From Eledone cirrhosa (Eukaryota): a DNA stretch of 64,000 nt. The notes under the pieces were generated by a model. It was not told where the DNA came from and made no database searches. It saw nothing but the letters and a program-made list of their open reading frames with translations. A program made the position numbers and the translations under genes. Numbering within the stretch: position 1 is the stretch's first letter; each line of letters opens with the position of its first letter. The DNA is taken from contig OZ024747.1 in NCBI GenBank assembly GCA_964016885.1, positions 48,298,001 to 48,362,000 of the forward strand. The letters run 5' to 3'. Below are positions 51,564 through 64,000 of this stretch, one piece after another.

Positions 51564-52353
51564 GTATGGAAAAGGGTCGGATCGTGTGAGGGGAGATTGT
51601 GTGGGATCCGGAGGCGGTGTGGGATGAGGTGTGGGTGTATGTGAAGATGTGCACGTGTGTATGTGTGTGTGTTTGTGTGGTGAAGAGAGGAAGATGTGGG
51701 TTCGTGTGAGATGTATAATTGTGCGTCTGCGAAAATGGTGCAAGTGTCTGTGTGTGTCTAAGTTTCTGAATGGATGTCGGGTGTGTGTATGTGGAGGGGA
51801 AAGTTCCAAAGGTAAGATGGCGTCGATATCCGAGTGGTGGAAATCATTGTGGTAGGGTTGGTGTAAAATGGCGAGGAGGAAGTGGAATGTTATGGGAGCG
51901 TGCGCAACAGGAAGTGGTCAAGATAGTCAAGTGAAAGGGGGTGGGAGGAGATGGTGGCGAGGGTGGAGATGGCAGGGCAATGTGGGAGAGAGGGGGAGGA
52001 GGTGGAGCCAGCAGAACAGACTGGTGAGTGAGAGGATGTAGTATTACTGTCTGTGTGGGATGAAGTAGCTGTGTAGACCGGCAGGTGTGTGTGTGGGTGA
52101 CAGTGGCATGTGTGTAGGTATGTGTGTATGGTGTTGTGTGTATGTGTGTGCTGAAGGTGTGTGGGACACGTGTGGAGGTGAGGTCTGTGAGAGTGAGGGG
52201 GGGGGTATATCTTGGTGTGTGGTGTCAGTGTGAAGAGAGTTAAAGTTGAAGGAGAGGGTGGTGTGTGTGTGTGTGTGTGTGTGTAGGGGGTATTTATTAG
52301 TGAAGGTGTTAGTAGGATGTGGATGTGTGGGTGGGGGTTAGTGTTGGTAGTAT

Positions 52354-52391
<38 letters not shown>

Positions 52392-52999
52392 GGGGGGAAG
52401 GTGCTGTGTACATATGTATGAGTGAGTGTAGAGATACTGGTGTGTGTGTGCGTGTTTGGGGTGTGAGTGCGTGTGTGTGTGGTAAGGGGGAAGGGGTGGT
52501 GGTTGGTGTTAATTGTATCAGTGGTGGGGGTGGTCTAATATAGATGTGTCGGGGTGGGAGTTAGTGTAGCTAGAAGGTGAGGGACTGTTACTGTTAATGT
52601 TGGGAGTGTTTTTAGTGGTGTTAGTATGGAGGGGAGAGAGACGGGTAGGATGGGGGAGGGGGAATCGGCCGAAGGCTAAAGGAAGAGGGTGGGGAGTTCA
52701 AACCGGGTTGTGTAAGTCTGTAATAGAAAGATGGTGCGTTGTTCAGCCCCAAGTCGGGCATCGGGGGGTTCCAGGGCACCCAATCAGGCCGCAGAGGGTT
52801 AAGTTCCGAGCGGAGTGTCCGGCGGAGCAGAAGTGTCGACGATGGGGGGAGGACACCCGCCGAGAGGAATGTCGCGGAGCTGCTCGGTGAACCTATCGGC
52901 CAGACGGCGTCCGGTCTGTTCGACATAGGAGGCACCGCACTCCGAGTCCGTAGACAAGGATGGAGTAGGTGCAGCGAAAGGCATGCCGGACAGAGAGAG

Positions 53000-53060
<61 letters not shown>

Positions 53061-54480
53061 CGGAGAGAGAGAAAGAGAGAGAGAGAGAGAGTGGCCATTG
53101 GATCCGTGCAAGGTGGTGGTGTTGGTGATGTGGGGGCATGTGTGGCAACGAGGTCTGGAGCAGGGGAGGGATCCGGGGGTGGGGGAGGAGGTTGGGGGTA
53201 GGGAGCTGCGGACGAGGAGGTTGCGTGCGTGCTTGAAGGAGGAGAGGGATGCGAGTGGAAAGATGGGGAGAGGGAGGGGGTCGGAAGCAGAGAAAGATGG
53301 TTCGTTGGCGGGGATAGGGTGGTGGGGTGGTAGGTGAGGAGGTAGGGGAGATGGTAGGGGTTGGGGGTGGTGGTGAGGGCGGCGTGGACGAGGGAGGGGG
53401 TGTAAACCCCTCCGAGTGAAATGACGGACCAGAGAAAGAGCCTGGATCTCGAAGTCGGCATCTCGGCTGCAAAGGCGGCGGATCCGTAGGAGTTGGGAGT
53501 AAGGAATGGAGTGTTTGGTGTGTGTTGGGTGGGAGGAGGTGAAGTCGAGGTAGGAGTGGGAGTCTGTGGGTTTAAAGACAGCGGAGGTGATGAGTGAGCG
53601 GTGGGAGGGGTCGATGGCGATAGAGATGTCCAAGAAGTGGACGTGGGTGGTGAAGATAGAGGTGGTGAAGTGGAGTGGGAGGGTGGAAGGAACAGAAGAA
53701 AGAGAGAAAGGAGTCGAGCTGTTCTCGAGCACCGATACAGTCGTCAATATGAAGACCGAACAGTTCGGGGGTAGGAACAGTGTATTGGGCAAAGATTTGG
53801 GCCTCAACATGGCCAACGAAAAGGTTGTCATAGTTGGGGCCGATTCTTGTGCCAATGGCTAACCCAGTGAACTGTTGGTAAAATTCAACCGAGAAGGAGA
53901 AGCAGTTAAGGGTGAGGACCTGCTCGGCGAGGCGGAGGAGGGTGGGTTTGGAGGGGACGGGGGAGGGATGAAGGTCGAGATAATGCCGGAGGGCGCGTAG
54001 GCCGTCGGCATGGGGGATGACCGTATACAAAGATTTTATGTCTAAGGTGAAGAGGAGGGTGGGTGGGCCGGGTGGGAAGGTGAGTGAGTCAAAAAGGCGG
54101 AGGACGTGGGTGGGTCGGAGATGTGGGAGGGGAGGGTGGTGACGAGGAAGGCGGAGATGAGTTCGGTAGGGCAGTTGCAGGCCGAGACGATGGGGCGGGT
54201 GGGGGTGTCGTGTTTGTGGATATTGGGGGGAAGTAGACGGTGGGTGTTCGGGGGTGCGGACTATTAAGTGGGAGACGGTAGGAGGTAGAAGGGAGAAGGA
54301 GACGAGGTGTTGGATGGTGGAGGAAACTTGTTGCTTGCTGTTAGTGGGGTGTAGGGTCGGAGGGTAGGGGGCGGTAGAAGAGCGGGGTACGAAGCTGCCT
54401 GAGGGCCTCAGCCATGTAGAGGTCAGTGCGCCACACCACCACGGCGCCTCCCTTGACCGCCGGATTGATGACGATGTCAT
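51092..54480 (-). mobile_element. Neptune-like Penelope element, decayed: RT, CCCC linker, GIY-YIG and long pLTR
   Basis: LFTLDIKSLYTVIPH, GLAIGTRIGP, HIDDCIG, FLDISI, FKPTDSHSYL..SSHP, IPYSQLLRIRRLCS, PCSRPRCHTC, YVEQTGRRLADRF; (CT)n insertion at 52992-53090; HHR-like core at 51130-51157. Confidence 0.88.
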
Positions 54481-54481
54481 C

Positions 54482-58852
<4,371 letters not shown>

Positions 58853-59199
58853 GCAAATGCGCGTGGCTTACAGTTGAGGGTCATGAGTTCGATTACTGGA
58901 CCGGGCGGCATGTTGCCTCTTCCAGCATAACACTTTATTCCATGTTGTTCCTGTCCTCTCAATTGGTAAAAGTCACATCGTGACACAATGGGTTACAATT
59001 TGGCCACTTGAATTACAGGTATAACTCATTTCTACTACTTGAGTACCCTGGAGAAAAGGGAGACAAAATGTCTTGCTTAAAAACACAACGTGCTGTCGTG
59101 AATTGAGTGCACTATCTTACGATTCTGATTTGGGCACGCTGATTTGGGCACGCTAATTACTAAGCAATGCGTTTCCACAAGGCTGATCTAGATACATAC

Positions 59200-59445
59200 C
59201 TGATTCGATTTAGAGTAATATTATCACTTAATACTTAAGCATGAGCATCAAGGATGTGGCTTTTTAGTCCTGCAAGGGACTTGCCTATAGCCAGCAATGC
59301 TATGCCCCCCCCCCCATGTACAAAGCTATGCCTGTGCTTGTAGCTTTTTTAAATGAGGAAAGGCTTTACACAGAGCCAATCCCACTCTCTGAACACCGAA
59401 TGCATTTTCCCCAAAACTAGAACTGATCTACATTATTGGATGCAA
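59200..59445 (-). mobile_element. Diverged bipartite RTE derivative
   Basis: Colinear with 46300-46545. Confidence 0.7.
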
Positions 59446-59508
59446 AGGAAGCAGCAGGTTTTAAAATATATTAGATGTACGATATTATATATATGTGTGT
59501 ATATATAT

Positions 59509-59594
<86 letters not shown>

Positions 59595-59882
59595 CTGTTT
59601 GTAAATACATACATATGCATATATATACACACACACACACAAGCACACACAGACACACATATATGTATATGTAGACTGTTACTTATATAAGCATATTTTG
59701 TTGGCTATATTGCGTTATGTCTTTATGTGCACCAGTTTGGTGAGACCGAAACTAAATTCTTTATTAATTCAACTTTTGTGTAGCGAAGATCAGGTTTCCG
59801 TGCCAATGGTGGTTGTGTGTTTCCTACCGAAAACTAGAAACTATTTCACCAACGACACCCGCAGTCATTCTCATATACATTT

Positions 59883-59977
<95 letters not shown>

Positions 59978-60210
59978 TAAATAATCGAGAATCAGAATCT
60001 CGGCCCACGAAATAATCATAAACAATCTTCGACATGTGTGGCAGAGGGCTCAATAGTTTGGATGAACCAGAGCTATAACTATCGTTAAAATACCAACACA
60101 TAGAGACGATGCCTAGATCATTCGTACAGCCGAAAAAAACGACCAGGAAAATTCGGGTCACTCAAATAATAAATTAATAAAATAAATGAATGTAAAAACT
60201 CACCCATATG

Positions 60211-60263
<53 letters not shown>

Positions 60264-60266
60264 TAG

Positions 60267-60388
60267 TGAAGGCGTGTGGCTGAGTTGTTAGAGAATTGGA
60301 TTCGCAATCGTAAGGTTGTGAGTTCGATTCCTGGACAGGGCGATGCGTTATGTCCTTGAGCAAGACACTTTATTTCACGTTGCTCCTT
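60267..60388 (+). mobile_element. tRNA-derived SINE, family D (V-domain-like core)
   Basis: tggctgagttgttaga (box A), gagttcgattcc (box B), tgtccttgagcaagacacttt; a diverged copy lies at ~58855-58970. Confidence 0.75.
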
Positions 60389-60486
60389 CTACCTGGAGTT
60401 GCGACCGATAGATAGTATTAGCAATTGGGAAGACAAACGGAAACATTGTTTCGTCGGTCCGATTTGACGAAAGTCGATCGTTCCTT

Positions 60487-60596
<110 letters not shown>

Positions 60597-60706
60597 TGTA
60601 TATGTACATGTAGTATATGCATATGTATATATATGTATATGTATGTGTATATATGTATACGTATTTGCATATACGATTGTATATATATATATATATATAT
60701 ATATAG

Positions 60707-61293
60707 ATAGATAATTTAATATATCTACTAACATAAGCGCACAGATGTACGCCAATGCCAGCAAATACACAGGTTATGTCATAGTACCTAGGTGGTTCGA
60801 TGCAGGAGAATGCAGAACAATAATATAAAAGACGTAAAATAAGAAAATTTAAAAAAAATAAAAAATTAACTTACTTACTTAAATTTTCACTCCAACTAAT
60901 TAGTTTCTGCAATGGGATAAAGACAGTTACGTAATGAACCGTTGAGAATTTCATTGCGTCATCAGGGAGGTCATTCTCAGCCGAGTCTCCAGGCGATGCG
61001 CGGACACTGGCGACTCATATAAAAATAATAATAATTCGGTAAATGGAACAGCTATCGAGGACTGGATTCCAGCTACTGAAAATGCTCACTGCCACTGATC
61101 ATATGGCCGATTCTAAAGAATCAATCACGTGACACAGAGGCTAGTCAGTAGGAATGGGGTGGTAAGATGACAAGCGCCTACTAACACCCCCCCCCCAAAA
61201 AAATTTAGAAGTGGTTTTGGCAGGTTTGCTCGACAAATCAGTGATTTGGAGATAAATATAGATAATTTAATATATCTACTAACATAAGCGCAC
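60707..61293 (-). mobile_element. HHR-bearing 551-nt unit with 36-bp terminal redundancy, copy 2
   Basis: atagataatttaatatatctactaacataagcgcac at 60707-60742 and 61258-61293. Confidence 0.8.
60890..60969 (-). ncRNA. Type-I HHR with long stem II insertion
   Basis: ctcc-CTGATGA-c-gcaatg(loop)cattgc-a-GAAA-ctaattag-TT-ggag. Confidence 0.82.
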
Positions 61294-61294
61294 T

Positions 61295-61406
61295 ATAAAT
61301 GGAAACGAATGAAAAGAAATTTCATTTCTCACTCTTAGTACGGCTGATACTTAAATATAAGTATGTATACGTACATACATATATGTATACAGACGTACAG
61401 TAGTAC

Positions 61407-61487
<81 letters not shown>

Positions 61488-61735
61488 CACATATATATAT
61501 ATGCACGTATCGGTTTACCGAACATTTCTTATATTGTTCGGTTTGTTTGTAAACAAACAGCCCGAATTACGCCGTACAGTGTTCGGCAACCATCGTCGCC
61601 TTTTTGTTTAACACTGACATTCAACACCGAACATTATAATAAATGTTCGGTAAACCCATACGTGCATATATATATGTGTACATGTACTGTACGTCTGTAT
61701 ACATATATGTATGTACGTATACATACTTACATTTA
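61295..61735. mobile_element. Fold-back partial copy of the 431-nt repeat (HHR not included)
   Basis: Minus arm 61295-61620 and plus arm 61625-61735. Confidence 0.75.
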
Positions 61736-61856
61736 TATATATATATATATATTATTCAGAATATTAATAACTCCAGAATGCTTTTACTATCGTAAAACTA
61801 TATTCATTGAGTAATCAATGAACCATATTAGTCTTTGGTTATATATATATATATAT

Positions 61857-61857
<1 letters not shown>

Positions 61858-61894
<37 letters not shown>

Positions 61895-63552
61895 TTTACG
61901 CCCGCTTTTCCCTGCTTGCAAGGGTGGGACGGGTCCTATTCAGCACAGTAGCTCTTGTTACGTTCCTTCGTCATCTCCTCCGTGAGTTTCAGCGATCTGA
62001 GGTCTGCTCTCACCACGTCCGCCCATATTTTTCGTGGTCTTCCTCTACTACGGCTTCCCACTACTGGGATTTCTTGGCACTCCTTTACCCAGCGGTCATC
62101 CTCCATGCGCATCACATGTCCATACCATCGCAGTCTTCTTTCCCGCACACTACAACTTATCCCTCTTATACACAGTTTCTCTCTCATCTCGTCTATGCCT
62201 GGTCGTTCACGCACATTGACATTGCACATTCAACGGAGCATGCTTTCCTCATTTCTCTCCAGCCGTCGCATATTCTCTGCAATTGCTGCCCATATCTCAC
62301 AACCATGCAGCATCGTGCATCTCACACAGGCATCATATAACCGGCCTTTCGTACACAGGGAGAAACCCTTCTTTGTCAACAGAGGAAGCAGCTCCCTAAA
62401 CTTCTTCCAGTCCGTCCTTATTCTAGATACAACTCCCTTGATAATCAGATCACCTAGGTACCGGAAGCTATCAACCACTTCTATAGAACCCACCTGCATT
62501 TGAAAAATGTGTCGATCACTGTGACTTCTACTGTCACATTTCCCTGTACATCTACTGTATATGTAGTTTTCCCTACCTGTTAATTTGCCTGCTATCCCAC
62601 TACATCTCTCCTGTATCCAAGATCTTCTTTGCGTACATTTTATAGAATTTATGCCAGCTCCTTTTCTACATATCGAACATGGTCATTTCCCTGATGGAAT
62701 CAGAGTTTTGTATTATTTTCTACTTATCAACACTTTTGTCTTAGCTAGGTTCACTCTCAGTCCCCTGATTCCAACTACTGTTTTCATAGCCATTCTCTAG
62801 CTCCTCTATTGACTCTGCTATAAGTACTAGATCGTCAGCACAGAGAGGTTTCCATGAGCAGCCAGTCTTAAATTGCTCTGTCATGGCTTGGAGGACTATA
62901 ATGAACAAGAGCGGGCTGAGGACCGAACCCAGATGTAAACCTACTTGTAGCTGGAATTCCTCACTAAACTCCATACCTACTCTCACTTTACTGACAGCAC
63001 CCCTGTACATAGCTTGCACTGTCCTCACAAGTCATTCCTCTACATCTAGTTTCCTTAGGGACAACCAGATGACAGATCGGGGTATCCTATGAAAGGCCTT
63101 CTCTAGGTCAACAAAAGTATAGTGGCTTATTCTTCTCTAAGAACCTCTCTTGTAGTTGTCTCACTAAGAAGAGGGCATCTATTGTACTTTTCCCAGGCAC
63201 AAAAGCAAACTGCATCTCATCTAATTTGACCTTTTCTTTAATTAGTTGTGCTAATATTCTTTCCGCCACTTTCATAACCTGATCCATCAGTTTTATGCCC
63301 CTATAATTGCTCCTCTCCAGAGCATCCCTTTACCTTTGTAGCAATTTATGAGAATACTGCGGCCTTACCATTTTTCATTTCCTTAATTGCCTCTTGGAAT
63401 CTATGGTCAACAACATCCTGATTTACACTGACACTCTGCCTTGCAATGCGGAACACCGCACGTCTCTGATCTTCCCGTCGCAGAACATTGGCAAACCTCC
63501 TACTCTCAGCCTCCCGCGTGCTAAGTAAACTTGACGTCTAGCTTCTCTTTTA
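61858..63552 (-). mobile_element. Second RTE family, 5'-truncated and decayed, with (TGA)n tail
   Basis: VGLHLGSVLSPLLF, LCADDLVL, FRYLGD, RLRWYGHVMRM; paralog of 38455-41090. Confidence 0.88.
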
Positions 63553-64000
63553 TCTGTCTCTACTAATATATATATATATATGATATATTAGGCTCCGTTA
63601 ATTTGTTGAGTTAATTCAAATGTCGAATAAACCTGGCTGCTATTTTTAGTGGTGTGAGTTTGTGAGACACGCTACGTTCAGATACCATGTGCGTTATTAT
63701 ATATACGCACACTATTCAGTTTTTTAATATACTTAGAAGTGACCAGGATACTAATTCTTCACCCACCCATGAGCTAGAATCGGTATTCCTCTTCACAATT
63801 AACTTTGCGAAACAGCAATGCCAAAGCTGTGTGGGTGATTGGTAGTTACCACAATTCCGGTTTGTATTTATTTTCTTGATTTATTCTTAAATTGAGTCTG
63901 GCAAACCCTATTGTCTATAGTTAGTTTTCTTTTCACCTTAGCGAATCTGGTCCCTTACGATTTGAACACATATATGTATATATCTGTACTCGGTTTTCTT

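Noticed and set aside
60267-60345. tRNA gene
   Set aside because: A and B boxes are present, but the cloverleaf is imperfect and runs into a SINE core.

Overview
Eukaryotic, AT-rich, almost entirely repetitive DNA. The microsatellite load and the RTE/SINE repertoire resemble a cephalopod (Octopus-like) genome, but this is an inference. No host gene is convincingly supported, and most ORF-track entries are microsatellite artefacts. The window holds an intact RTE LINE (1181 aa; APE, RT and three C-terminal C2H2 fingers) head-to-head with an intact R4/Dong-clade RLE LINE (1169 aa). It also holds decayed RTE, R4, L1/Tx1 and Penelope-like (Naiad- and Neptune-like) copies, two Helitrons, tRNA-derived SINEs and bipartite RTE derivatives. 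Two patterns stand out. (1) Type-I hammerhead ribozyme (HHR) motifs occur in several unrelated non-coding families. These include a ~431-nt tandem/fold-back retrozyme-like unit and a ~551-nt terminally redundant unit whose two copies show stem II covariation. (2) Both near-full-length R4/Dong copies sit antisense within the (ATGT)n tails of RTE-derived elements, suggesting an (ACAT)n-targeting LINE that uses sites created by another retrotransposon. All folds were read by eye and no database searches were run.
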